Below are positions 49,170 to 62,329 of a stretch of DNA of 64,000 bases, one piece after another (position 1 is the stretch's first letter; every line of letters starts with the position of its first letter). The position numbers and the translations under genes are program-made. The notes beneath the pieces were generated by a model. That model worked only from the letters and a program-made list of their open reading frames with translations, had not been told where the DNA came from and did not search any database. The stretch lies in the NCBI GenBank assembly GCA_030390025.1, contig CM059431.1, positions 145,578,001-145,642,000 of the forward strand, written 5' to 3'. This stretch comes from Squalus acanthias. Lineage: Eukaryota.

Positions 49170-49880
49170 CAAAACTGCATTTAACATGTTGGGAGATTGG
49201 GCACATGACTGGTAAATGATGTTTTGCTTGGCTAAGGGCTGTTTTATGCCTGTGGGCAGGGCGAATGCTCAACATCCATACACCCTTCATAGAGAAGCAT
49301 TAAATAAGGGGGCGAAAGGAAGATCCGGGCATTCTAGTGCTTACATCTGTAAAGGTACAGGAGCAATGCTGTGAAGCGATAGCTAGAACAAAGAGGGTGT
49401 TGGGGTCCATTCATAGGACAGTTGGGTATAAGACGACCTATTTTGTCCTAGCACAAGACCTTGGTAAAGGCCTCACTTGGAATACTGTGTCCAGTTTTGG
49501 TCTCCTCACATGTTGGGTGATATTGAGGCTTTGAAACTGTTGCAGTGGAGGGACATTAGACTAATTCCCAGTATAAAGCTACTTAGTTATAAAGATAGGC
49601 TAAGAGTTTGGACTCTAAACCTTAGAGAAGCAAAGATTTAGGGGTGATCTGATTGAGGTTTATAAGAAGATGAAGGGAATAGATTGTGTTCCAGTTGACA
49701 TCTTATGGAGGGCCAGGGGTCACAACTTTAAATTGTACAATCCAGATTTCAATTCAATTACAGGAGGTGGTTCTTTTCCCAGAGAATAGTCGACCTCTGG
49801 AACAGGATACGTTCTCTTGCGGTGGACGCTGACTCGCTGAATTCCTTCAGGCGAGAGCTGGACCTGTTCCTGTTTCGTGC
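49170..49880 (+). mobile_element. Old CR1 3' fragment
   Basis: aggcctcacttggaatactgtgtccagttttggtctcc (RPHLEYCVQFWSP); ggtgatctgattgaggtttataag. Confidence 0.75.
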
Positions 49881-51329
49881 GGGCATCACCTCTTACAACA
49901 GGAAGGCACTTCCGGGAATTCAGTGCAAGATTGATCTGCTGGACTAGTTTCAAACGCCTAGATGGGTCGCAGAGGAATTTCTCGTATTTTAATTGGCCTG
50001 TGTTTTTACCTGTTTTTTTCACCTCACCGAGGAGGTTTTGTTTGGGATAGCTAGAACAACGTATGACGAAGTATCGCAATTGCCTGGAAAAGTCTGGATG
50101 GACCAAAGGGTCTTCACCTGTCCGTCATTGTTCGTAAAATTGTCATATACGACTTTTCTACAGCTAATCCGTTCCAGCCTCCCCTCATCATCCTCTTTCT
50201 CGCTAAATGCTCGCTAATTCGACCTGGAGTAACAGATTTGAGGAGTTTCTACTCAATGGTCTCTGGTTACAAGGTTGATCCTCTCTCCAAATTAGAATAG
50301 AAACATCACTTGGGCTCCTTCAGTCCACCTGTATATTTTTGATATCAAACGTGGGTTGAAATGCTGTGGTCAGTTCCTCCTATCTCCTCTCTGACTTCCT
50401 TTAACAGCCTGGGGTGCATTATTTCTGAGCCCAGTGACTTCTCCACCTCGGCTATTTTACTCAGATCCAAATCCTTCTCTACAGTGACCTCTAACTGTGG
50501 GCCCACATCCTCCTCTAGTACATCAACATTCTCACTTCCACCATAATTGTTTGAAAGTTAAGGAAATATTTTGTTTCTCCCCAAAATTGCATCCTTCACA
50601 AATAGTTTCCCCAGTCCCCCCTCTATCTCACTTCAACTGCTTACTGGCCTGCAAAACCCACTGAGCATTGTGCTATTTCCCTTCCTATTGCTGAACTGCG
50701 TAAATATGGATTATATCTTAGTACAGCTCCCTGGAACACCCTTACGTTCTCAACCTCTCCGCCTCTCTCTCTCGCTCTCCTCCTTTCAGACGTGACTTAA
50801 ACTTTACCTGTCCTAATATCTCCTTATGTGACTTGGTGTCAAATTTGGATTGATAACTCTCCTGTGAAGCACCTTGAGACGTTTTACTACATTAAAGGCG
50901 CTATATAAACGCCAGTTTGTTCTTGCTGTTGATCTTGCGCTGTCATAGAATACTTTATTAATACTGGCGTCCACAAATTGTTTCCTCTTCCTTCAAAATG
51001 TTATCACCAGAAACATCTCCCTTTGAGTCCTGTGAAAACCCAGGCCCTGTCTTATACATACTAGATCACATCTCTCATGCTTCTGATTGTTTGGAATGAT
51101 TTTTACGCTCACATACACAACACTGAATACTAGCTCCAACGCTTGAAATGTTGACTTGTCCCCGTTTCTTCTTTCTAAAAAAAAACGTTATCTCTCACTA
51201 CTTCAAATCCTCTTTCCTTTTTCTTGCCAATAACTTTTCACTATTTCTTAAATCTTCTGATTCAACTCCAGCATTTTTATTAATTACGCTCTCTCGTCTC
51301 AGATCCGGATATTTCCCACTCTCCAGTCA

Positions 51330-51960
51330 TATCCCCTGATACCCTCCCACTGCTCCATTCACCTTTTCTGTAAAATCATTGTTGTTGATCGGTACAGATG
51401 GCGGTCGTCCCTTCCCATCTCTTTGAACTCAGTCGAGCGGCCCAACAACGTGAAACCTTCCCTCCTGCTCCAGCCCTGCAGCCGCAAATTGACCAGCCTC
51501 ATATTTCCCTCCTGAAGCTGTCAAGTGCAAAATAATTCGGAGCTCAACAGCTTGAGGCCTGGTTTCTTAAGTTAGTGCCTTAGTCTTTAAAGTCCCTCTC
51601 TCAACGTATTTCTATCCTTGTTACTGGTTCCGAACATGGCTTATTTCTGCTCTCCTTTGCTTCCCAGAGGTGGTCCCACCCGTTCAAAGATGTTATTCCC
51701 ACTGGCACCAGGGAGGCAACTAACCATTCTGGACATGCTCAGGGCTGCAGAAGAGGTTGTTTATTCCCCTTACTATACAATCTGCCACCAGTACCGTTCC
51801 CTATTCCTGTGCCCCACCTGCCTCTCACTCTCGCCCCGCTGGTTAGCCTCTTGCACCCTGGAGTCACACTGTTGTTCAGGAAGACTCTCCTCTGATTCAC
51901 TGTCTCTATCCACCTTACATTCTCCAATACCAGGTATCTATTGACAGTTCAAGTACTCAG
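51330..51960 (-). mobile_element. CR1 ORF1 remnant
   Basis: ctggcaccagggaggcaac (CLPGA) homologous to 25573-25591. Confidence 0.55.
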
Positions 51961-53009
51961 GGACTTCCTTCACCTGTGACTGCGGTGTCCCTGTCCATGC
52001 TCACTCACTTCCCTCTTTGTACTCAGTCCCTGCCCTGTTCCCTCTTCCTGTAGGAGCTGCAGCTTCTTGTACTACATCTGGACCTTTTGTCGGGATAGAA
52101 ATTGTATATAAAATATTTTGTGAACCTGCCTGTGTCTATTTTCATTCTTTTTGCAGTTGTTGGAACTTCTCCCCTGTTTGGACATTCAGCCATGTTGGCG
52201 ACAGTCGTTCCCAGGCTCTGTTGGTCTGTAACAAATATAAAATTAATAGGAGGGTTCGAGGGAAATATTGAAATGAGAAGGAGAGCATTGCCTTGTTAAA
52301 CATGATATCAAATCCCTGCTCCACCATCAGTACAACAGCTGTTAGCTCTGGGATCTCAGAAAACACCATAAATATACAAGTGGTAGATTGGACTGCTGTT
52401 TTACAATCACTATTCTCCATTTGTGTGTTTTCCCGCGCACGTGCGTCCATTGAAACTATCAATCAGCGTCCTGTCCTTTCCCCACTGTGGAAATGTAAAA
52501 GCGATTCAGTTAATTTATAATCAGTTTGAGACTTTATAAAATTTAGTTATTTGCTTCTTCAATAACGCTGACACTAGTGTAATAAACACACAACAGCAAC
52601 AACAGAGGGACAAAGAGAATGTATGAGAAATTATTATCGGTAACATAATAGAGAACATTAACGCCTTCTACAAACATATAAATCGTGAAAGAATAGTCCA
52701 AGGAAAATTGGGGCCGATTAATGACGAAAACGGCAATCATGATGTGGAAGCATATGACATGGCTGACGTACTAAATTAACACTTTTCATCCGTATTCCCT
52801 AAAGGAGAGGATGCTGCCAACGATACAGTAAAGGAGGAGCTGGTAGTGAAATTGGAGAGGATATAATAGATTAGGACGATGTAGTAAAACGGTTGGCAGG
52901 GCTCAACGTAGAAAAGTCACCCGCTCTGCCACAAGCTTCCAATCCTTGGAAATGGGAAAGGTGCCAGAGGACTGGAGGGTTGCAAATGTTACTTCCCTGA
53001 TAAAAAAAA

Positions 53010-53850
53010 ATCATGATGCGGAGATGCCGGTGTTGGACTGGGGTGGACAAAAATGAGAAGTCGCACAACACCAAGTTATAGTCCAACAGTTTTATTTGAA
53101 ATTACGAGCTTTCGGAGCTCTGCTCCTTCGTCAGGTACAGTGAGGGAATACAAATCGATTACAAAGTATATATAGACAGAGAACAATGTGTCTGCAGAGA
53201 TACAATCCGTCAGGGAGGCATTACATCAAAGACACAGCAGAGTACAGCTAAGACAATGAGGTGGGTCACAGGGGGTCCAACGTGTCAAATGCTTCAGTCT
53301 GCAGTTAAGTTTTTAACGTTTTTTTTTAAACTGGATATCACATCTGTGAACCAGACAACGATGTCGACTCACTTTCTGTAGCGTGACATGATACCGAGAT
53401 CCCGGTTGAGGCCGTCCTCATGGGTGCTGAACTTGGCTATCAGATCAGCAGAAACTGATAGCCAAGTTACGCACCCATGAGGACGGCCTCAACCGGGATC
53501 TCGGTTTCATGTCACTCTACAGAAAGTGACTCGACATCGTTGTCTGGTTCACAGATGTGATTTCCAGTTTTTTTTAAAAGTTAAATGCCTAACTGCAGAC
53601 TGCAGCATTTGACACGTTGGACCCCCCTGTGACCCACCTCATTGTCTTAGCTGTATCCTGCTGTGTCTTTGAAGTAATGGCTCCCTGCCGGATTGTATCT
53701 CTGCAGACACATTCTTCTCTGTCTATATATACTTTGTAACCGATTTGTATTCCATCACTGTACCTGACGAAGGAGCAGAGCTCTGAAAGCTCATAATTTC
53801 AAATAAAACTGTTGGACTATAACCTGGTGTTGTGCGACTTCTCATTTTTG
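53010..53850. mobile_element. Penelope-like fold-back insertion (about 400-bp inverted arms)
   Basis: Arms about 53048-53443 and 53455-53850; right arm encodes QKLIAKLRTHEDGLNRDLGFMSLY (GIY-YIG ORF end); flanked by tgataaaaaaaa direct repeats. Confidence 0.9.
53103..53137 (-). ncRNA. Minimal type I hammerhead ribozyme motif
   Basis: Minus strand UAC-CUGACGA-A-GGAGC-AGA-GCUCC-GAAA-G-CUC-GUA: catalytic core, 5-bp stem II, 3-bp stem I, loopless stem III. Confidence 0.7.
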
Positions 53851-53979
53851 ATAAAAAAAAGTGGAGATTGTGAAGGACCAAATAACTACAGGCGAGTCAG
53901 CTTATCATTGATGATCAGGAAACTTCTAAGGTGAAACATCCAAATCAAAATTCATTGTCACTTGGAGGAACATGAGTTA

Positions 53980-54997
53980 ATACAAAGGAAGATGGTTGTT
54001 GTGCTTGAAGGAAAATCATCACAGCCCCAGGACATCGCTGCAGGAATTCCTCGGGGCAAAGTCCGCGGCCCAACCATCTTCAGCTGCTTCTTCAATGACC
54101 TTCCCTCCAACATAAGGTCAGAAATGGAGATGTTCGCTGATGACTGCACAGTGTTCAGTGCCATTTACAGCTCCACAGGAAATGAAGCACTCCATGCCCG
54201 CATGCATCAAGTCTTGGAGGCCGTTCAAGCTTGTGCTGATACGTGGCAGGTAAAACTCGCGCCACAGATGTGCCAGGCAATGATTATCTCCAACAAGCGA
54301 GAGTCTAACCATCGCCAAATCCCCATCCATCAACTTGCTGTGGGTCACCCTTGACCAGAAACTTAACTGGACCAGCCACATAAATACTGTGGCAACAAGA
54401 GCAGATCAGAGGCTAGGTATTCTGCAACGAGTGTCTCACCTCCTGACTCCCCAAAGCCTTTCCAACATCTAAAAGGCACAAGTCAGGAGTGTGATGGGAC
54501 ACTCGCCACTTGCCTCGATGAGAGCAGCTCCAACAACACTCAAGAAGCTCGACACCATCCAGCACAAAGCAGTCCGCTTGACTGGCACCCCATCTACCAC
54601 CTTAAAACTTCACTCCCTCCACAACCGGCGTACCGTGGCTGCAGTTTGTACTATCTACAAGATGCACTGCAGCAACTCGCCAAGGCTTCTTTGGCAGCGC
54701 CTCCCAAACTCGCGGCCTCTTCCACCTAGAAGGACAAGGGCAGCAGGCGCATGTGAACACCAACACCTCCACATTCCCATCCAACATCATCCTGACTCAG
54801 AAGAATATCGACGATTCTTCATCGTCGCTCGGCCAAAATCCTGGAATTCCATACCTAACTGTGGGAATACCTTCATCACACGGACTGCAGCGGTTCAAGA
54901 AGGCGGTTCACCACCACCTTCTTAAGGGCAACTAGGGATGGGCAATACATGCTGGCCTTGCCAGCGACGCCCACATCCAAGAACCCATTAAAAAAAA
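53980..54997 (+). mobile_element. 5'-truncated LINE nested in the CR1
   Basis: AGIPRGKVRGPTIFSCFFNDL..MFADDCTVF; ends agggatgggcaatacatgctggcc...aaaaaaaa. Confidence 0.85.
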
Positions 54998-55689
54998 CAG
55001 CGAGAGCCAAAATGGACGTTTTTAAAGTCAAATCAAATCTAGTTGACTTGATTGGGTTAATCTATGAAATAGGACAGGGTTGATGAAGGTAGTGCAGTTG
55101 ATGTTCTGTATATGGACTTTCAGAAGGCTTTTGATTAATTACCTCATGATAGACTGGTTACCAAAATTAGTACCAATGATATTAAAGGAGTAGTGGCAGT
55201 GTGGATACTAAATTGGCGAAGGGACAGAAAACAGATAGTAGTTGTGAACCGATAATTTTCACACCGGAGGGAAATATACAGTGGTGACCCCAGGGCTCAG
55301 AGTTAGGACCACTGCTCTTTTTGATATATATTAGTGACCTTGAATTGAGTATACAGGACATAATTTAAAAGTTTGTAGATGACACGAATCTCGGAAAAGT
55401 CGGAAACCGTGAGGAGGATAGCAGAGGAATTCAGGAGGAAATAGACCGTCTGGTGAAATGGGCAGACACATGGCAGGTGAAACTTAACGCAGAGAAGTGT
55501 GAAGTGATGCAGATTGGAAGGAAGAATGACGTGATGCAATACAAACTAAATGTTACAATTTTAAAGGGGTTGCAGGCACAGAAAAACATGGGGTTACACA
55601 TAGAGAAATCATTGAAGGTAGCAGGATAGGACGATAAAGCATTTAGAAAAGTATATGAGACCTTTGGCTTTATAAATACAGGCATCGGA

Positions 55690-57535
55690 ATATAGGAACA
55701 TAGGACCAGGAGTAGCCAACACATCCGTTCTAGCTTCTTCCTCCATTCAGTTCGATCATGGCTGAGCTGTATCTTAACTAGATCTACCCGCCTTGCTTCC
55801 GTAACCCTAAATACGATTGCCTAATAAAAATCTATCAAAGGCAGTTTTGTAATTTTCAATTTACCGAATCACAACAGCTTTTTGAGTGCGAGTGTTCCAG
55901 GTTTCCACTACACTGTGTCTGAAGAAGTGCTTTCTAACATCACCCCTGAACGGCCGAGTTCTGCGTTTAAAGTTATGCCCCCTTTTTCTGGACCCGTCCA
56001 CCAAAGGAAATAGTTTAAATCTTTCTATCCCAGTATTCCTTTGATAATCTTAAAAACCTCAATTAGATCACCCCTTAATCTTGTATAATCAAGGGAATAA
56101 AAGCTTCGTCTGTGCAATCCATCCTCATGTGACTGGAAGGCTGTTTCCAGTATGGTTCAGCAGAGCTCAGTGCTAGGCCCCTTGCTTTTTGTGGTATATA
56201 TCAATGACTTGCATATAAGGGGTATGATTAAGACGTTTGCAGATGATAATAAAATCGGCTGTGTGTTTGATACTGAAGAAGGACGCTGTAGACTGCAGGA
56301 ATATATCAATAAATTGTACAGGTGGGTAGAAAAGTGCCAAATAGAAGTGTGAGGTAATGCATTTGGGGAGGGCTAACTAGGAAAGGCGATACACATTAAA
56401 TGGTAGGACACTGAGTAGTGTAGATGAACAAAGGGATCGTGGAGTGCATGTCCATAGATCCCTGAAGGTAAAAGGCCAGGAGGATAAGGTGGTTAATAAG
56501 GCATACGGAATGCTTGCCTTTCTTGACCGTGGCATAGAATAAAGAGCAGGGGAGAGTTATGCTTCAACTGTATAAAACACTAGTTAGGCCTCAGCTAGAG
56601 TACTGCGTGCAGTTCTGATCACCACATAACAGGAAAGATGTGATTGCACGAGAGAGGGTACATAGGAGATTTACAAGGATGTTACCGGGAGTAGAGAATC
56701 TTAGCTATGAGGAAAGGCTGGGGCTGTTTTCCTTGGAACAAAGGTGGTTGAGGGGAGACCTTATGGAGTTGTATAAAATTATGAGGGGCCTAGATAAAGT
56801 GGATAGAAATGACCTATTTCCCTTAGCAGAGAGGTCAAAAACCAGGGGGCACAGATTTAAAGTAATTGGTGGAAGGTTCAGAGTGGATTTGAGTGGAGAT
56901 TTCTTCACCCATTGGGTTGTGGGGGTCTGGAACTCACTGCCTGAAAGAGTGGTAGAGGCAGGAATCCTAACCACATTTAAAAGGTACTTGGATGTGCAGT
57001 TGGGATGCTGTAACCTGCAGGGCTACGGACCAAGAGCTGGGAATTGGGATTAGGCTGGATAGTTCTTTGTTGGCCAGCGTGGACACGATGGGCCGAAATG
57101 GCCTCCTTCCGTGCTGTAACTTTCTATGATTCTATGATTCTATGATTCATAATTTAAAGCTATTAGCCTCGGTATCGTTCTAGTGAATCTGAGCTGCACC
57201 ACCTCCAAAGCCAAGATATTGTTCCCGAGGTGCGGTGCCCAGAACTACACACAGTTCTCTAACTGGATCTAACCAGAGCTCTGTACAGCTGGAACAGAAC
57301 TGCTACCCCTTTGTATTCCAGCCCTCGAGATAATGGCCAACATTCCATTAGACTTTTACTTATTTTTGGTACCTATCATCCAGCTATCTAGTGATTTCTG
57401 TGCTTGGACCCCTAGTTCTCTCTGCTCATCCATAGATCCTAACTTCTAACTAATTATGAAATTATCTGATCTATTCTTTTTAGGTCCCAGCTGAATGACC
57501 TCACACTTTCCCACACTGATCTCCATCTGCCCCAG
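55690..57535 (-). mobile_element. CR1 3' fragment, interrupted by a younger CR1
   Basis: 3' UTR reverse complement (ttcgatcatggctga) at 55750; continues at 57150-57530. Confidence 0.75.
56128..57148 (+). mobile_element. 5'-truncated CR1 (innermost insertion)
   Basis: SVLGPLLFVVYINDL..FADD; (ttctatga)x3 tail; same subfamily as 22127-23150. Confidence 0.92.
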
Positions 57536-58430
57536 GTGTGCCGAGAGAGTGCAAAGCAAGGAAGTTATGCTAAACCTTTACCAAACACTGGTTCGGCCTC
57601 ACCTGGAGCATTGTGTTCAATTCTGGGTACCACACTTGAGGATGGCTGTCGGAGCCTTGCAGAGGGTGCAGAGGAGATTTACTAGAGTGTTAACAGAAAT
57701 GAGGGACTCCAGTTACATGAAGAGACTAGAGAAGATGGAATTATTCTCCTTAAATAAGAGAAGGTTATGCCGAGATTTAATAAAGGCGTTCAAAGTCATG
57801 AAACGTTTTGCTATTTTCACAGAATAAATAAGGAGAAACTGTATCTACTGACAGAAGGGTCGGTATAAAGAAGACACATATTTAATGCAATTGGCAAAAG
57901 TGCCAGAGGTGAGATGACGAGATATTGTTAGGCATCGAGTTATTATGTTTCTGGAATGCAATGCCTGAAAGTGTGGTAGCAGAAAATGCAATAGTAACTT
58001 TTAAAATGGAATTGGATAAATAATTAAAGGAGAGACAATTGTAGGGCTCAGGGGAGAGAGCGGGGAGTGAGACTAATTGGATTGCTGTTTTACAGTTCTG
58101 GGACAGGCTCGATGGGCCTTCTGTGCTGAATGATTCTATGCTTCTATGACGTAGCCCTCTGACACTTTGTTCCTAAGCGTGTTTTACATGATAAATGTAA
58201 TTGAATACTATTTACAGCAGCAGAATTTTAGCGTGTGAAATTACATTGGACGTTTTAGTCTGTTAAATCAAGCAACTCCCAGTAAATTAATTTCTGAAAA
58301 TACATCCGTTGTTACCTGTCCATTATTGTTATGTTAACTTGTCTCTATCTTTGAACTACTGCAGAAAATAAACGGCGATTTCGCTACAGTAAAACACAAT
58401 AATTTGACTCAGCATATTCCGGGTCCTTAC

Positions 58431-58490
58431 CTTGTCCTGCGGCTCCTGATTCTGGTTCCAGAGAGTCTTGGTAAGTTAACGTTGTGAGTT
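58431..58490 (-). CDS. Candidate upstream 60-bp exon of the NLR gene
   Basis: ctgcag acceptor, aag/gtaagg donor, phase 1-1, ELTTLTYQDSLEPESGAAGQ; frame-compatible with the exon at 49003. Confidence 0.5.
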
Positions 58491-59759
58491 CTGCAGGTTA
58501 AAGAACACATCCTGGGTAAAGATCAGTTGCACATCACAGTCATAAACACGACCTTCAGCCTAATCAATACAATCCCTCCCCGCTCTGTTCTCTGATGCGG
58601 GGCTCGATCTGAATCGCAAACGTTCTCATTCAATTTGAATTGTTCTGAGAAATTACTGACGCTTTAACCAAAGTCATTAATCCACTGTGTGGTCACAATG
58701 ACCAAATTTCCCCACAGCTCTTCCATCTGCGGTTCAGAAGACCCCGCAGTGAAACCGTGTTCTGGAGCGGGAATAAATTTCGTGTCCTCAATTATATTTC
58801 ATTACTCAGCAATTCGTTATTATCGGACCAGAGAAGGGCAGAGATGGCAAGGGACAAAGATCGCTGATTAAAATCTCCAGCAAATAGACTCTAGTTAATG
58901 AGTAACAGTCTGGGCCTTGATCAGGATGTTCACACCCATGAGTCTCAGGCTCCGGGTTTCAGTAACTGGAAGTGAATCAGCCAATGTTTGAGATAAACAA
59001 CTGAAAATCTGCTTCAACGGCCTGTTAACTTTTAGTGGTCGTGATGTAATTTCACATTTTCTTTTAATGTTTCAAAGAACGGTTTAGCAGCGGATTATAC
59101 TTATCATGAGACTGGGAAACTCTGAACATTGAATTCATTTGCTAATTAGCTCTTGAGTTTAATATAAATATTAAAAGTTCAGGCTACCGATTGTGACTGC
59201 TCCGTGTCTCAATCCCCTTCCTGCTTCTCTGTGCTGCCGCTCCCGATTTGGTTACAGCTCTCCCTGCTCCGTGTTTGAAATCCCTCCCTTTTACCTGTCT
59301 ACTTCCCCCACCGGTGCTGTGCCTGGTCTTTAATGTTTTCTTCCCCACCCCCCCACCCCCGACAGCTTCCGCATCTGCTTCTCCCCCTGTTTCCATTCCC
59401 ATCAGCTCTTTGTCTGATTCTGTAGTAACTTCCGTTCCCCAGATGCTCCATCCCACCTGCTCCATGCCTGACTGCCCCCTGCATCTGTAACTACCTCCAA
59501 CTCTACAACCTTCCTCCACCTCTAACTATCTCCCGCTAACCCTTTATTCCTCCGCAGCTGCTGCAATACAATCTTTATCATTGTCCTTTCATTCCTCCTG
59601 CTCCGTGCCGATCTTCCCACACCCGTTTGCTCTCCTGCTCTATATCTGACTCTGCCTCTCCTTTACTTTCCACCTGCTCCATGTCTGATTGCCTTCCCTG
59701 CTTCCTTCCTCTGCTGACTGTCGAAATTCCCTTCCACCACAAACAATTTATAAGAGTTG

Positions 59760-59945
59760 AAAATGCTGGAAATACTCACCAGATCAGGCCGCATCTGTGT
59801 AGAGAGAAAGATTTAACGTTTCAGGCCGATGACTTTTCGTCAGAACCTGAAGCTTTCTCTCTCCACAGAGGCTGCCTAACCTGCTGAGTATTTCCAGCAT
59901 GCTGTGTTTCTATTTCAGAATTCCAGCATCCACAGTATTTTGCTT
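59760..59945. mobile_element. Short fold-back of the Penelope-like pseudo-LTR
   Basis: atgctggaaatactca...tgagtatttccagcat inverted arms; same family as 15205-15850. Confidence 0.65.
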
Positions 59946-62329
59946 TAATATTTAAAAGCTATTTCAAGTACAGTTCAATCCAAAACCCATCCCATATGCT
60001 CTGCACTGAATAGTGTTACAGACTCCAGAAATGGTCCCACAATAATGAACCGTCATCAACCAGCGGGATAATATTACTCTTCAACATTTTTTTTTGATCA
60101 CACAATTCCGTGTTTTAAATTCCACTTGTGGTTCTTTGTCGTTGTTGTAGTTTCACTAGGTTAGGGCCTCATTCTAAAGTTCTACTGTCTCCCCATGTTT
60201 TTAATTCCCCGATCAGAGGAGATTGTTTTTCTCTATCTACCTTATTGAAACTTCTTAACATTTTAAACACCTCGGTCAGCTATCCCCTCAATCTTCTACA
60301 CTCAAGCACATACAAGCCAAGCTTTTGCAACATGTCAATCGGAGTTAATACCATTGATCCCCACTCTTTCTCCTAACTCCATAACAATTTCTAAACCAAG
60401 TTAAAGGGTTGCCTCTATTTCCATGCGCTCCCATTTATTCCAATTATATTTGGTGTTGAACCTTATCGAATGCCTTCTGCAAGTTCACATCGATAACATC
60501 CATAGGCACTAATTTGTCTACCTTATATGTGATTTTCTCAAAATATTCAACTCGATTAGTCAGACATGAATCACCTTCAATAAAGCCATGCTGGCTCTCT
60601 CTGATCAGCTCATTTTAATGTGCGAAGTTACATTTGGAAATTTTATTCTGTTAATGACGCGGGACCAATTTCTAAAAAATTAAACAATGATTTCTTACCT
60701 GACCCAAAGTTGATACCTCAACTTTTCACTGAGTGAACTACTCCACCAATAAATGGCACTGGGTCCGTTCTGCTACAATTAAACACTATAATGGTGCTCA
60801 GTATATTCCGGGTCCTTAACTTGTGCTGCGGTCCCTTAATCTGGTTCCAGAGAGTGCGGGTAAGTCAGCATTGTGGGTTATACAGTTTAATGAACACACC
60901 CTGGGTAAAGATCAGTTACACAGCACAGTCATAAACTCGACCTTCAGCCTCATCAGTACAACCCTCCCCGCCCTGTTCTCTGGTTCAGGGCTCGATCTGA
61001 ATCACACACGGTCTCATTCTGTTTGAATTGTTCTGATGAATTACTGATCTTTTAAACAAAGTTATTAATCATTTGTTTGGTAACAATGATGTAATTTCCC
61101 CCATCTCTTCCATCTCCGGTTCAGAAGACTCCGCAGTGAAAACGCGTCCTGTATCCCGATTCATATCCGTGACATCAATTCGATTATATTGCTCACGATA
61201 AAACCTGTTTATTATCGAACTATAAAAGTCACAGATAGCGAGGGACAAAGATCGCTTTAAGTTTATTGGAATCAAACACCAGAGGGAAGGGCACAGTGAG
61301 CTGTTTGTGTTATCACAACACTTTTCTGGAATTATCTACCTTTCGATCTTTATCCGTCAGGTTGCCCGATTCTCACTGGGTGGGAATGAACTACATTCGG
61401 ATCGCAGGTCTATTGATCTCGGTGTTAGACCTTTTATAATGTTAATCTGATCTGCATACGCTAGATTCCTACAATTCCCGTCAACTGTACAGGTTATTTT
61501 CCACTGATGGTCATTTATTAACCATAGAACAATGACTATAAAATCCGGAGATAGTCTCCAGTTAATGAGTAACAGTGTGGGCCTTGATCAGAATGTTCCC
61601 ACCCATGAGTCTCAGGCTCCGGGATTCACTTACTGGAACTGCATCAGCAAAAGTGTGCGGTGAACAAGCGAACCCTCTGTATCATTGACTAGTTAACCTT
61701 TATTAGTGGTGCTGTAAATTTATCTTTTCATTTCATTGTATAAGTATCTGTCAGCGGAATCAATTCATTATGAGACTGAGACACGTTGAAAAATTAATGA
61801 ATTTCATGTTATAATTGGCATTTAACAAATAATAAAAAGTTCTAATTTATCTCCCGACTCCTCTGTGTCTGATTCCCCCTCCTCCTTCTCCGTTCAGCTC
61901 CATCCAGTGCTTCATGTCCAGTTCCCCACCTATTCTGTTCCTGATGTTTCCAACCCTCCCCCACCTGCTACAATCTTAATTCTCCCCTTTAGTTTCCTTT
62001 TCTTCTGCACTGCTCGTGATTCAATCCACGCATCCGTTCGCCCTCCGGCTCTATACCTGATGCTCCCTGTCTTTTCCCTTTTCATCTTTTCTATACCTGA
62101 TTACCTTCCCTGCTTCCCTCTCCATTCTGCTACATGTCTGATTTCCCATTCACCACAAAGGGCATTTCAAAGCTATTCAAAGTACTCCAGCGTCACACTA
62201 AATGTCCACATAATCCCTCATAATCTACAGCGTCCATCTCATGTTAACTTCAGCGAATGCAGCTACCGATTGGCAAAATGCTACCTACAATACCAGGCTA
62301 GCAGCCGCCTCATGTTTCTCTTCAATATT

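Larger units (their letters stand above)
52610..58150 (+). mobile_element. CR1 LINE fragmented by four nested insertions
   Basis: Collinear RT pieces DWRVANVT | NNYR..HLEEHELI | SQ.G..DFQKAF..LGPLLFLIY..NAEKCEVM..GI | KEVMLNLYQTLVRPHLE; tail gattctatgcttctatga. Confidence 0.8.
58225..62220. repeat. Old tandem segmental duplication (about 58225-60030 vs 60610-62220)
   Basis: Shared blocks, e.g. ctgggtaaagatcagtt (58512/60901), gggacaaagatcgct (58851/61242), agttaatgagtaacagt..gggccttgatcag (58893/61560). Confidence 0.85.

Noticed and set aside
59180..59740. Pro/Ser-rich ORFs here and at 61865-62440
   Set aside because: CT-rich low-complexity sequence in the duplicated block; frames are not conserved between copies.
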